Position numbers and translations under genes: made by a program
Notes under the pieces: generated by a model
Database searches by the model: none
Told to the model about the DNA's origin: nothing
What the model saw: the letters and a program-made list of their open reading frames with translations, nothing else
Shown here: in pieces, positions 8,266-18,233 of the stretch
How positions within the stretch are numbered: the stretch's first letter is position 1
Layout of the letters: each line of letters begins with the position of its first letter
Assembly (NCBI GenBank): GCA_040377305.1
Contig: JBEIPA010000027.1
Span: 1 to 64,000, forward strand
Length of the DNA stretch: 64,000 nt
Source: Flavobacteriales bacterium
GTDB taxonomy: Bacteria; Bacteroidota; Bacteroidia; Palsa-965
Direction of reading: 5' to 3'

Positions 8266-10299
8266 TTAGTTACTCTTTACAATTCGGACAGTAGTTTTGC
8301 CGGTTGAAGTAGTATACTCGAGGAAATAGATTCCTGCAGCAAATGCTGTAGTATTTATTTCACCGCGCCCTGCTGTCATTTCCTTTTTATAAATGACTTC
8401 ACCGAGACTGTTGAAAATCGCCACGTTACCGTCAGCAGGTATTGACATCATGAGCAGATCGTTGAACGGATTCGGCATAACCCCGATCGTTGTATTTGTG
8501 TTATCCGCGATTGACATGCACAAATCAACTGTCACTGAAATTGAATCGTAGCCGATACAACCTGTTAACGAATCCATGTACGCATACATCAACGTGTGCG
8601 TGCCAGCCGTTGCAACAGAAGGATCAAACTGATTGCCTGTTACACCAGGACCACTGAACGTTCCGCCCGCCGGTGTTCCTGCTAGCGTGAATGGCGCATC
8701 GAGGTCGCAAGCCAGTGTTGGTCCCGACATTACTACCGTAGGAACTGAGTTTACTGTGATCATGATTGAATCCCAGTTGATACAACCGTACATGTCTGTT
8801 CCCGTTACGTGATACATTGCAGAACCAGCAGGCATGTGAGGCATGTTATCTGTGGCGCCATTATCCCAGATGTATGTTGCAGCGCCGCTTCCCATGAGTA
8901 CGATGCTATCGCCAGTACAAACTGTGGTAGCATTTGAATTGGCAACTACAGTCGGCAACGACAGCACTTCAACCGCAGCAATCGCAATGTTTGTGCAACC
9001 GTTTGCATCTGTACCTGTCACTGTGTAATTGTCAGTAACAGTAGGAGTGAAGGCAACGTTATCCGTCAATCCACCGCTCCAGGTATATGAAACAGCACCT
9101 CCGCCCATTGGGACGAATGATCCACCTATACAAACAGAATCGGTAGAAACACTTGCTGTTACCGTTGGCGGAGTGTTGATGGTTACATAAATAGAATCTA
9201 AGCCCGAGTTACCACACTGATCGGTAACAATGCAGTAATACATGCCGCTTGAAGGTGGAAGTACCATTGTACCTGCGGCGTTTGCATTCGCCATTCCGGT
9301 TGTTGGAATCCACTGATACGAATAAGTTCCGGTGCCACCGCTCGCGGCAAGGGAAACGTAAGCAGAATCACCCGGACAAACGTTGTTGATTCCGGATGTT
9401 GTAGTGATCAAAACTCCGCTTCCAAGCGAACCTGGAGTTACGGTTGGTGCAGTCAGGATGGTTTGTTTGGTGAAATACCACATGTCTGGATATCCGTAAT
9501 GGTAGTTCGTTAGCGTGTTTGTTGGAAAAGTGTTTTGTGTACACGAGTTGCAATAGCGCATATCGTAATAAGTAAGGTGCTGTCCGATTTGTGAGGATGT
9601 ACCAAAGTAATATCCATCACCTGCGCCCTGAAATAATTGCAACGTGTATTGAGTCCCAGTGGTAAGCCACACTGGATTTGGAAGCGGATTGTAGCTGTAC
9701 TGAGCGGCAGGTCCACCAACAGTTTGCTGGGAAAGAATTGCCTGAGTGGTAAAATCGAACAGGGTAACTGTACGTGTTGTTCCCGTTGGTTCCCGTTTCC
9801 CAACGTGTGTCATCAACACATCTTCATTGGGAGAAAATCGGAACCCGCGCTGACTGTTTGCCACTCCACCAGCTCCACCAGAAGCAACGCTGTCGGTTGA
9901 AGAGTGTGGTCCAATGAAAACACCCATTGGCGACGATCCCGCCGTAGCCAATGCATTTCCATAGAACATGTAGAACTGTATAATTCCGCTCGCCGGTAAC
10001 GTATCAATCTTTACCCAAATAACTGTAGAAGCGGTGTTGATTCCGGATTCAATCCAATAATTGAACAGTGTAGTTCCCGCACAATCTTTTCCGAAGCGAA
10101 TATCGTCTCCGTTCGCGAGCATCTCGCCGTTTAGGATTGGAGTAGCTGTATTGATGGTGAACTGCAGTTGATAATCGGTAACCTGCGATGCAATGTTGTT
10201 TTGAACCTGCAGTGGTTGCACGTAGCTCCAGCCTGCGGGCTGAGCGAATGCTGTGCATGCAATAAATGTCCCGGCAAGGACGGCGTAGAGTTTCTTCAT
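8266..10299 (-). CDS. T9SS-secreted protein with N-terminal DUF2341 domain and Ig/PKD-like repeats
   Basis: Signal peptide; DUF2341-like TDYQL...GDDIRF...WIES...IWVKI...YMFYGN; repeated YTW/YTVTGTDANGC modules; CTD (VMPNPF...GIYFL). Confidence 0.8.
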   Translation of the reverse strand: MKKLYAVLAGTFIACTAFAQPAGWSYVQPLQVQNNIASQVTDYQLQFTINTATPILNGEMLANGDDIRFGKDCAGTTLFNYWIESGINTASTVIWVKIDTLPASGIIQFYMFYGNALATAGSSPMGVFIGPHSSTDSVASGGAGGVANSQRGFRFSPNEDVLMTHVGKREPTGTTRTVTLFDFTTQAILSQQTVGGPAAQYSYNPLPNPVWLTTGTQYTLQLFQGAGDGYYFGTSSQIGQHLTYYDMRYCNSCTQNTFPTNTLTNYHYGYPDMWYFTKQTILTAPTVTPGSLGSGVLITTTSGINNVCPGDSAYVSLAASGGTGTYSYQWIPTTGMANANAAGTMVLPPSSGMYYCIVTDQCGNSGLDSIYVTINTPPTVTASVSTDSVCIGGSFVPMGGGAVSYTWSGGLTDNVAFTPTVTDNYTVTGTDANGCTNIAIAAVEVLSLPTVVANSNATTVCTGDSIVLMGSGAATYIWDNGATDNMPHMPAGSAMYHVTGTDMYGCINWDSIMITVNSVPTVVMSGPTLACDLDAPFTLAGTPAGGTFSGPGVTGNQFDPSVATAGTHTLMYAYMDSLTGCIGYDSISVTVDLCMSIADNTNTTIGVMPNPFNDLLMMSIPADGNVAIFNSLGEVIYKKEMTAGRGEINTTAFAAGIYFLEYTTSTGKTTVRIVKSN

Positions 10300-10360
10300 G
10301 ATGTTGGCTGGTGTTTAACGGCAGCTAATTTAGGAAAATTGCCATCCGTATAGACACGGA

Positions 10361-11464
10361 TTATGAAGCCAAATTAAGGCGTTCTGATTGTTTACGGGCA
10401 TTTTGGCGGATTCTCCAATACAGGAAACCGGTTACAGGTAAACTCGCCGCAATCAGTGACACGAAGAACATGATGAGTTTTCCGGCGAATCCGAATTTTC
10501 TTCCGGTGTGAATGTCAAGGTTGGAGGATTTCATCTTGTCACCAGCGGACCATTCTTCAAAATATTTTTCGGTGACGAGCGCACCTGTGTACTGATTGTA
10601 ATAGTATTGGTTCTGCTCTTTAAAAAAGCCACGTTGCGGTAAATACGCGTTCACCCGAATTGTACCAATAGAGTCATCGGGCAGACTGATAAAATACTCT
10701 TCTGCTGTTGGCTCTTCGTAGTAAACATCATTAAATACTTTGTCGATGGTGAATGCCGAGTCACGTTCACTTACTTCTGTGGTGATCTTGATGTTTTTCT
10801 TTTCTGATCCAACGAGCGCATACATTCCACCTTCAAACCATTTGAATGACCAAACCAATCCGGTAACAACAGAGAATATGAGAATCCACGATGCGTAGAA
10901 GCCCAACACGCTGTGTAAATCAAATATCTTTCTTGCCTTCGGAGCTTTAAGCGCAATTTTCAAACGCTGTTTACGCAAACTCTTGCTTCTTGGCCACCAG
11001 AGATACATTCCGGAAATGAGCATGAACGCAAAAATCAAACATGAAATTCCAGTGATCATCTCTCCGACATCACCGAGCATTAAGCGTCTGTGAATTTGTT
11101 GTACAACTCCAAAAAAATCTCCGTCGCGATTGAAGCTACCAAGAACTTCTTTCGTGTCGTAGTTTACAAATACGGATTCTTTGTCCTTGAATCCAAATTC
11201 AACACTGCGCAGGCTATCGGGAAATATGCGTATGAACCTCACTTTTTGTTTCGGATGCGCTTCCTTCGCAATCTTCATCAGTTCGTCGAACGTGAAGTTG
11301 TTCGTTCCGCTATCGGGATTTACGGCGTACAAATCGCTGTAAACAAAATCCCGAACATCTTCTTCCCAACAGTAAATAGCGCCGGTGAGACCGACTATAA
11401 ATACTACGAGCCCACTAGTGAGCCCGAGTATTAAGTGAAGTTTTCTGAAAACCTTTCTGAGCAT
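10361..11464 (-). CDS. PepSY-associated TM helix domain protein (iron-uptake inner-membrane partner)
   Basis: FRKLHLILGL, IHRRL, SGMYLWWP, DLHSVLG, IHTG motifs; start overlaps the receptor stop codon. Confidence 0.88.
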   Translation of the reverse strand: MLRKVFRKLHLILGLTSGLVVFIVGLTGAIYCWEEDVRDFVYSDLYAVNPDSGTNNFTFDELMKIAKEAHPKQKVRFIRIFPDSLRSVEFGFKDKESVFVNYDTKEVLGSFNRDGDFFGVVQQIHRRLMLGDVGEMITGISCLIFAFMLISGMYLWWPRSKSLRKQRLKIALKAPKARKIFDLHSVLGFYASWILIFSVVTGLVWSFKWFEGGMYALVGSEKKNIKITTEVSERDSAFTIDKVFNDVYYEEPTAEEYFISLPDDSIGTIRVNAYLPQRGFFKEQNQYYYNQYTGALVTEKYFEEWSAGDKMKSSNLDIHTGRKFGFAGKLIMFFVSLIAASLPVTGFLYWRIRQNARKQSERLNLAS

Positions 11465-13830
11465 CAGAACTTCAAGCCGAAAGTTGCAGAGAAAATACGC
11501 GGAGCAATCGGATTCACACTGTTGTCGTCGTGAACCTGATAGTTAAGTACATCTGTAACGTTTGAGCAACGCACACGAACCGAGAAATTGTTATTCGCGT
11601 ATCCTGCGCCAATGTCAATCTGACTGAAGCCTTCAACAAAAATCAGTTTGTAGGTGTCGTTCGTTACCTGAACACGTGTTGAGCGACCTGCATAACGGTT
11701 ACCGAAGTAGAGGTAGCTTGTGGTCATGGAGAAACCTTTCAATGCCGGAATTGCCTGTGCAAAACTATAGGTCAAAGATGCATTCATTGTGTGTGCAGGA
11801 TTATAACGCAGCTTGCTTCCAACAATGTAGGTGTTACTCTTTGTGTAGCGGGTTTCGTTAAAGCTGTAACCCCCATTCATTACGAAGCCGTTCCACGTTT
11901 TTGAATTCACATCTACTTCAATACCACGACTTGTAACTTCTCCCGCCATCTCTTTGATGTTCGAGTTCGTGTTTCCGTCTGCAAGACTGATTTGAGCAAG
12001 GTTACTGTTCTTGATCTGGTAGGCAACTACGTTTACAGAAAGCAATCCGCCGAATAAATCTGTTTTCACGCCACCTTCGTACTGATCAATGATAGAAGCT
12101 TCGAGGGCATTTCCGTCAACATCAACACCGGTGTTAGGGGTGAATGAGTTTGTGTAGCTCGTGAAAATAGAAACCGTTTTCAATGGCTGATAAACAACAC
12201 CGAAACGTGGAGAGATTGCGTCATCATACAAGGCACTGCTTGTTGTGTTGCCGGAGTTGTAAGAGTATTGGTTGCTGAACGTTTCGATGTACGAAACGCG
12301 TGCACCAACAAGTATTTTCAGTTTCTCACAAACGGATAGAAGATCCTGTGCATAGAAACCTGCACGTTTGATCGGAGCAGTTGTCAGCGTGTTTTTGTTT
12401 AGCTGTGGAATATCTTCGCGCTGCGTGTACATTTCAGGATCGAATACATTGATGGTGTCGTAAGAAGTGAGTGGTGAGTATGCAAGTGTCTTTGTGTCGT
12501 ACTTGTCGACGTCAGCGCCAACGATAAGAATGTGTTTCACAGGACCTGTTGCGAAAGTTCCGATCAGGTCGAGTTGAGAAACGTAATACTGCTCATCAAC
12601 TTGTGTGCGTTGAATTCCGCGTTTCCACATCCCGTCGGGCTTCACAAAGTTGCCGTTTGAGTTAGGGCGTGTTGTTCCGAAAAGCTCACTCGAAAAATCC
12701 GACATGCCAGTCATGCTGCGAATTGTCCACGTGTCGTTGAACTTGTGCGTGATAGTTGCAGCAACATATTGCTGCTCGGATGCGAAGTACTGCCATGAAG
12801 TTCCAAGAAAGCGTGTACGTGGAATGTCGATCAGTTCATAGTCAATTGCACCAACACCGTTGTCGAGTGTACGCTTGTCTTTCAGGTAATCGCCTTCGAC
12901 AAGTACTTCTGTTTTCGAACCGAGCTTCCAAAGCATAGAGGGATTCACATAGAAACGGTTTGACGTTACCGACTCTCGGAAGCTTCCTGCTTTTTCATAC
13001 GTAGTATTCAGGCGGAACCCAACGGTGCGTTTTGCATTCATCGGTCCGTACACATCAATGGTTGGCTTGTATAATCCGTAGCTACCAACGCGCATTGTAA
13101 CTTCTCCACCCTGATTGAAAATAGGTTTCTTCGTTACAATATTCAGCACGCCACCCGCAGCAACGTTACCGAAGAGAATTGCGTTACCGCCTTTCAATAG
13201 TTCTACCCGCTCTAATGCACTTACTTCAGGCATTGCCGCGTTGTTGAAGCGCATTCCATTCTTGAACGTATTGCTGCTACCATAAGCAAAACCACGTCCC
13301 GCAATTTCTTCCTGGTAACCGCCACTTGCACCCATTTGATATACACCGTTTGCATTGCGCAACACATCACTCATGTGAAGCATCTGCTGATCTTTAATTT
13401 GAGCGTTGTCAATTACTGCAGTTGCCTGCGGAAGATCCAACGGCTTGATCGGTGCTTTACCAATAGCGACCGGCGTTTCATTCACTGTTTTATTCGCGAG
13501 AATGACAACTTCCTTCAGCATGGCACTGCTTTCCGCAAGTTTGATCGTAATACTTGTGTTATTTCCTGCAGTAACAGTAATGGATTGCTGCGTTGGTGTG
13601 ATTCCCGTGAAGGATACCATCAAAGTATATTCTCCGGGTTTGATGTTGTTCAGGATGAATTCACCTTTATCATTCGAAGAAGTGCCGATGGAAGTACCCA
13701 CAAGACCCACATTAACGAACTCAGCAGGCATTCCATCGGATGTTGTGATTGTACCAGAGATTGATCCCGTTTGTCCGAAGCTAACGGTGTATATGGCGAG
13801 CAGTAAAAGAGTAGCAAGAAGTGATTTCAT
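11464..13830 (-). CDS. TonB-dependent siderophore receptor
   Basis: Carboxypeptidase-regulatory-like N-domain, plug (LERVELLKG...GGVLNIVTKKP), barrel ending in F; paired with a PepSY-TM gene. Confidence 0.9.
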   Translation of the reverse strand: MKSLLATLLLLAIYTVSFGQTGSISGTITTSDGMPAEFVNVGLVGTSIGTSSNDKGEFILNNIKPGEYTLMVSFTGITPTQQSITVTAGNNTSITIKLAESSAMLKEVVILANKTVNETPVAIGKAPIKPLDLPQATAVIDNAQIKDQQMLHMSDVLRNANGVYQMGASGGYQEEIAGRGFAYGSSNTFKNGMRFNNAAMPEVSALERVELLKGGNAILFGNVAAGGVLNIVTKKPIFNQGGEVTMRVGSYGLYKPTIDVYGPMNAKRTVGFRLNTTYEKAGSFRESVTSNRFYVNPSMLWKLGSKTEVLVEGDYLKDKRTLDNGVGAIDYELIDIPRTRFLGTSWQYFASEQQYVAATITHKFNDTWTIRSMTGMSDFSSELFGTTRPNSNGNFVKPDGMWKRGIQRTQVDEQYYVSQLDLIGTFATGPVKHILIVGADVDKYDTKTLAYSPLTSYDTINVFDPEMYTQREDIPQLNKNTLTTAPIKRAGFYAQDLLSVCEKLKILVGARVSYIETFSNQYSYNSGNTTSSALYDDAISPRFGVVYQPLKTVSIFTSYTNSFTPNTGVDVDGNALEASIIDQYEGGVKTDLFGGLLSVNVVAYQIKNSNLAQISLADGNTNSNIKEMAGEVTSRGIEVDVNSKTWNGFVMNGGYSFNETRYTKSNTYIVGSKLRYNPAHTMNASLTYSFAQAIPALKGFSMTTSYLYFGNRYAGRSTRVQVTNDTYKLIFVEGFSQIDIGAGYANNNFSVRVRCSNVTDVLNYQVHDDNSVNPIAPRIFSATFGLKF

Positions 13831-13871
13831 AATTCAGCGTAATCGTTATAGTGATTGACGCTGCAAAAGTG

Positions 13872-13894
13872 TTGTTTAGAATAAGTCTAAACAA
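13872..13894. promoter_or_regulatory. Palindromic operator (putative iron-responsive repressor site) next to the promoter
   Basis: Perfect 9-5-9 palindrome TTGTTTAGA-ataag-TCTAAACAA adjacent to a CACTTTTG -7-like element on the minus strand. Confidence 0.7.
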
Positions 13895-13909
13895 TACCTA
13901 CAACAGGGT

Positions 13910-13946
13910 AAAAAGAAAAGTCCCGGCGATTTTACTCACCGGGACT
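13910..13946 (-). terminator. Intrinsic terminator
   Basis: agtcccgg...ccgggact hairpin with an A-rich 5' flank. Confidence 0.6.
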
Positions 13947-13968
13947 ACCCTCTTTTAGGTATTCAATG

Positions 13969-16101
13969 CTACTTCGCGATAATGAATTTACCGTTACCGC
14001 TTTGATCACCTGAATTGATCGTATAGTAATAAGAACCGGCTGCGAATCCATCGAGATCGATCGTGATTACTGAACCGGATGCAATTGTAGCGAATTGCTG
14101 TGTGTACAAAACACGACCTGTAACATCATGGATTGAAATGATTGTTGTTTCATTCAACGCATTTTCAAATCCGAAGCTCACCGATTCTTTCGCAGGAACA
14201 GGATAGATGCTGACTCCATTCATCGGTGTGTACTCATCGATGCCGACAAGATTTACCGTAACGGATGCTGTATCGTTGCTGAGAATTGCATCACTGGCTT
14301 TCGAAGTCCACACTAACAGATTTTCTTGTCCTGTGAACGGAGCAGTAAGTTGTGTGGAGAATGTGAAGTAAGCCGAATCGCCAGGTTGAATCAATGCACC
14401 CGTGTATGGCTGAGAAACAATCGTTGGGTTGTTCGTGAGCTTGTAATTCACGGTGATGTTGTAGTTATCTGCATAGTTTCCGTAGTTCTCGATCCACACA
14501 GAAACGTTTGATGGTCCTGCAATCGTAGACATACTTGTTGGAGATACGATCGAAGTAACACCTACATCTTCCGGATTTGCTTTCTGGTAATCGCAACCGA
14601 TGAAGAAATCTGTGAACTGGTAATCGCGATACGTTGACCAGTAGATCGAGAATACTTCGTACGATTGGCGGCTGAACGGTGGAGTCAAATCAGTTGCAAT
14701 TGAAACCAACGTTGTTGCCATTTCCCATTCGATGTAAACACCACCGCTGTTAATTGTAACCGGACTTGAAAGCGGAACGGTAAGTACAGAATATGGAATA
14801 ATGTTTTGTCCCATAACCGCAACTGAATCAAGCAATGTTCCCGGAGTTCCGTTTGGACCATCATCATCGAATACTTTCGCATAGAATGCAATTCCGGATG
14901 CAGGTGCAGTTGCAAGAATGAAATTCGTACTCACAATTCGTGCAGGGTAGGATGGAGGAGCAATGAAAACTCCCACACCACCGGCACCGCCATTCCACGA
15001 AATGCTTCCCATCACAGGATTCAGATTGTTATTCGTGTATGTAAGCGTCATCGTTTGCTGAGTTGTATCGATCACAACAATTTCCTGGATTATGGAATCG
15101 TTCACCGGAATTGAATCCATGAAGATGGGAGCAATCGTTGTCACGAATTTTTTCGTTCCTGTCGCGGTTGGAGAAAACTGCGCGTTCGGGTAATTGATGA
15201 GCACGGGTTGTCCCGGAGGTAATCCTGCAGGAACCTGATAAAGATCGCTGACGAGAACGTTGTTGTTAATGTCAGTGACTTTACCAGTCACATTCAATTG
15301 GGGAAGGTTCACATTGCCCTGGTTCATTACTTCTGTCCACAATGCATACGGACCGGAGTTATTAGGAACGAAGATTGCGCCATCGTCGTCGTTACCATTC
15401 CATGATACGCTCGCGTCAACAACGAGGTACGTTGAATTCGGCGGATAGTAATAACGGATCGTGTAGTTCGCAGGTGGCTGATACTGGATTGGCTGTAATC
15501 CCATGTTACCGCTTACGTTTTCAATTCCTGTGCTGAAGTTCGATTGTGATGTTCCAGTACACGACATAAAATTGATCGTGATACAGGAATCGGCACGGCT
15601 GATGATAATTTCAAACGTGTTGCTTCCGGTATAACCCGGTGCATTTGGGCTCCAATACGGAACGTTCACGTACTCGATGCAGAAGCTATCGGCATTCGCA
15701 TAGAAGTAAACTTCGCCGGGATTATTATTACCGAGGAAAGTCAGATCGGCCATGTGACCGGTAACGTAGTTGTTTACACCGGTCGGAGTTGGAATCACCG
15801 GAAAGTTTGCCGCGAGGTTTCCTGGTCCGAAAGAAATGTATCCGTTTGATCCAACCCAGCATTTTGAAACGTTGTACCAGTAATACGGATAAAGATTTCC
15901 GAGAGAAACTGGTCCAATGAAGTTATCGTCACCGAGTCCGTTGAGTTGTGTTCCGATTTGTGTGATGTCCCACCAACTGTATGATGGTCCGCCGGATTCG
16001 TTGCTGTCTTTCCATGTATAACCGAATTGATCGGGTCCGCCTTGAAGGGCGAAAACATTCATGGATGAGAGTAGGGTAATTGCGAGTATAATTCGTTTCA
16101 T
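13969..16101 (-). CDS. T9SS type A sorting domain-containing protein (beta-sandwich/CARDB-like domains)
   Basis: Start moved to ATG 16101 (MKRIILAITLL signal peptide); GGPDQFGYTWKDSN N-terminal motif; CTD (IYPVPA...HDVTGR...GSYYY). Confidence 0.8.
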   Translation of the reverse strand: MKRIILAITLLSSMNVFALQGGPDQFGYTWKDSNESGGPSYSWWDITQIGTQLNGLGDDNFIGPVSLGNLYPYYWYNVSKCWVGSNGYISFGPGNLAANFPVIPTPTGVNNYVTGHMADLTFLGNNNPGEVYFYANADSFCIEYVNVPYWSPNAPGYTGSNTFEIIISRADSCITINFMSCTGTSQSNFSTGIENVSGNMGLQPIQYQPPANYTIRYYYPPNSTYLVVDASVSWNGNDDDGAIFVPNNSGPYALWTEVMNQGNVNLPQLNVTGKVTDINNNVLVSDLYQVPAGLPPGQPVLINYPNAQFSPTATGTKKFVTTIAPIFMDSIPVNDSIIQEIVVIDTTQQTMTLTYTNNNLNPVMGSISWNGGAGGVGVFIAPPSYPARIVSTNFILATAPASGIAFYAKVFDDDGPNGTPGTLLDSVAVMGQNIIPYSVLTVPLSSPVTINSGGVYIEWEMATTLVSIATDLTPPFSRQSYEVFSIYWSTYRDYQFTDFFIGCDYQKANPEDVGVTSIVSPTSMSTIAGPSNVSVWIENYGNYADNYNITVNYKLTNNPTIVSQPYTGALIQPGDSAYFTFSTQLTAPFTGQENLLVWTSKASDAILSNDTASVTVNLVGIDEYTPMNGVSIYPVPAKESVSFGFENALNETTIISIHDVTGRVLYTQQFATIASGSVITIDLDGFAAGSYYYTINSGDQSGNGKFIIAK

Positions 16102-16155
16102 GAGGGATTTATTTACGTATCCGAAAATACGAAAAAGCGCCCTCAATAAAACCCG

Positions 16156-16773
16156 TTATTTCCACGAATCCTTGCGATCCCGCAATTCTGGTGCTTGTTT
16201 CCTCATCATCTTGCGCACAAAATTGAGCATAAACGAAGGCGCGTATCCATAACCTTTCGTGGCGAGTCGAACGCCCATTCCGTTGTATTCTTCCGGAGAA
16301 ACCGGAAGCTGTGTATTCAATCCGTCGACATAACGGTTGTACATGCAGAAAGCTGCGGCAATAAGAACCGTGTCGTGAATTTCTTCGTCCGTAGCACCAA
16401 GACGTTTTGCTTCGTCTATATCCTGTTGGGTCACTGCGCGACCGCTTTGCTGAACTTTTCCTGCAACGTGAAGCAGTGCTTTCATCTTCGCAGAAACCGT
16501 TGCAGTATCAATATTTGTGATGATGGAGTCCATGGTCATTCCGTTATCCTGCAAGTGTTCGCTTGCCGCTGCTTTGTGCGACAAGTGACAGAACTCACAA
16601 TTATTAAGATAAGAAACGTGAGCTGCGATTAGTTCCCGTTCCCCTGAAGAAAGAGATGAAGGTCCGTGAAGCAATGCCTGCGCCAAATTCGAAAGCGCTT
16701 TTCCCGATGAGCTCTTATAGTAGAGCAAGCTGATAATACCGGGTTGTGGAATGTTTGTGTTGATGTATGACAT
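16156..16773 (-). CDS. Peroxidase-related / carboxymuconolactone decarboxylase (AhpD-like) protein
   Basis: ERELIAAHVSYLNNCEFCHLSH (CxxC..H), AFCMYNRYVDGL; start moved to ATG 16773. Confidence 0.85.
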   Translation of the reverse strand: MSYINTNIPQPGIISLLYYKSSSGKALSNLAQALLHGPSSLSSGERELIAAHVSYLNNCEFCHLSHKAAASEHLQDNGMTMDSIITNIDTATVSAKMKALLHVAGKVQQSGRAVTQQDIDEAKRLGATDEEIHDTVLIAAAFCMYNRYVDGLNTQLPVSPEEYNGMGVRLATKGYGYAPSFMLNFVRKMMRKQAPELRDRKDSWK

Positions 16774-16898
16774 AACAAGTTTGTTTATGTCATTAAGATG
16801 CAATGGGTGACGTGATTGCATAAAACCGACGTGACATGAACTAATCAACTAACTGGCACATCAACTAACTATTTTCCGGGGTCATTTAAGTCACAAAT

Positions 16899-16931
16899 AA
16901 AAAAAGGAAGTCTCTTTCGAAACTTCCTTTT
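16899..16931 (-). terminator. rpoD terminator
   Basis: aaaaggaagt...acttcctttt hairpin with A-run. Confidence 0.7.
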
Positions 16932-16954
16932 GGCTTATTAACTCTGAGGACGAC

Positions 16955-17827
16955 TTATCCGAGATAAGTCTTCAGCAATTTGCTTCTTGATGTATGCTTC
17001 AGGCGACGAATCGCTTTCTCTTTGATCTGACGAACGCGTTCGCGTGTGAGATCAAAACGCTCTCCGATTTCTTCGAGCGTGAGTGCATGTTCTCCATTCA
17101 ATCCGAAGTACAAACGAACTACGTCGGCTTCGCGGGCAGTGAGCGTAGAAAGTGCGCGCTCAATTTCACGACGAAGTGATTCGCTGATCAAAGTGTTCTC
17201 AGGACTCGGCGTGTCGTCGTTCGTCATCACATCGTACATGTTGCTCGTGTTCTCGTCTGTTGTAGCGAGCGGAGCATCCATAGAAACGTGACGGCCTGTA
17301 TTGCGCATTGCTTCCTTGATGTCTTCCGGAGAAAGCTCGAGTGCCGCGCCGATTTCGTCAGCAGTCGGTTCGCGCTCATACTCCTGTTCAAGGCGTGCGA
17401 AAGTTTTATTGATCTTGTTGATCGAGCCAATCTTGTTCAGGGGCAGACGAACGATACGCGACTGTTCGGCTAAAGCCTGAAGAATAGACTGACGGATCCA
17501 CCATACGGCATAAGAGATGAATTTGAATCCGCGGGTTTCGTCAAATCGCTGAGCGGCTTTGATAAGACCGAGGTTTCCTTCATTGATCAGATCGGGAAGA
17601 CTGAGTCCCTGATTCTGGTATTGTTTTGACACCGACACTACGAAACGTAGGTTGGCGTTTACCATCTTCGCCAGAGCGAGCTGGTCACCTTTTCGGATCA
17701 AACCGGCCAGGCTTACTTCTTCTTCTGCGGTAATAAGGTCAACACGACCAATTTCCTGAAGGTATTTGTCCAGGGAAGCCGTTTCACGATTCGTTACTTG
17801 CTTTGAAATCTTTAACTGACGCATCAT
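16955..17827 (-). CDS. rpoD: Primary RNA polymerase sigma factor (Bacteroidota short SigA)
   Basis: [59 protein letters not shown]. Confidence 0.95.
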   Translation of the reverse strand: MMRQLKISKQVTNRETASLDKYLQEIGRVDLITAEEEVSLAGLIRKGDQLALAKMVNANLRFVVSVSKQYQNQGLSLPDLINEGNLGLIKAAQRFDETRGFKFISYAVWWIRQSILQALAEQSRIVRLPLNKIGSINKINKTFARLEQEYEREPTADEIGAALELSPEDIKEAMRNTGRHVSMDAPLATTDENTSNMYDVMTNDDTPSPENTLISESLRREIERALSTLTAREADVVRLYFGLNGEHALTLEEIGERFDLTRERVRQIKEKAIRRLKHTSRSKLLKTYLG

Positions 17828-18060
17828 AGGGGTATAAAGTAATTAGTGGTTCATTCTTGTTTGCTAAAACGGGTGTAGTATCGTTATCTGGATGGTAAAC
17901 GGATCAAATACTAAAAGGTTACAGAACAGACGGAAACGAAAGCGTTAAGGAATGCTATTAACAGTCCCAATAACATGCCTTTGCGGGAAACCAGCAATGA
18001 ACGTGCAGCGGTGGAGGGGGGTGGTAGAAATGGGAACCTGTTGAAAACTCGCGGTCGAAT

Positions 18061-18175
18061 AACCCTGCAAGCGTTTAACTCCTGCAGGGTGGTTGAGAGA
18101 GTTGCGCGTTGGACACCCTTCAAGGGTTAAACCCTTGCGGGGTATACCCTGCAGGAGTTAAACGCTTGCGGGGTT
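18061..18175. repeat. Cluster of three ~30-nt REP-like palindromes (BIME-like)
   Basis: A 18061-18090 aaccctgcaagcgtttaactcctgcagggt; C 18146-18175 is the reverse complement of A with 1 mismatch; B 18115-18143 is a degenerate copy. Confidence 0.8.
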
Positions 18176-18178
18176 GAC

Positions 18179-18215
18179 AAAAAAAAGTCCCGCCTGATTG
18201 CTCAAACGGGACTTT
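18179..18215 (-). terminator. pnp terminator
   Basis: aaagtcccg...cgggacttt hairpin with an A8 run. Confidence 0.75.
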
Positions 18216-18233
18216 CATATTTCGACTTTCTAA

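Noticed and set aside
16955-17827. Primary sigma factor of only 290 aa, lacking region 1.1
   Set aside because: Known Bacteroidota trait.
18061-18175. 30-nt palindromic repeats as a mini-CRISPR or attC array
   Set aside because: Copies are inverted relative to each other, spacing is irregular (24 and 2 nt), and there is no integrase or cas gene.
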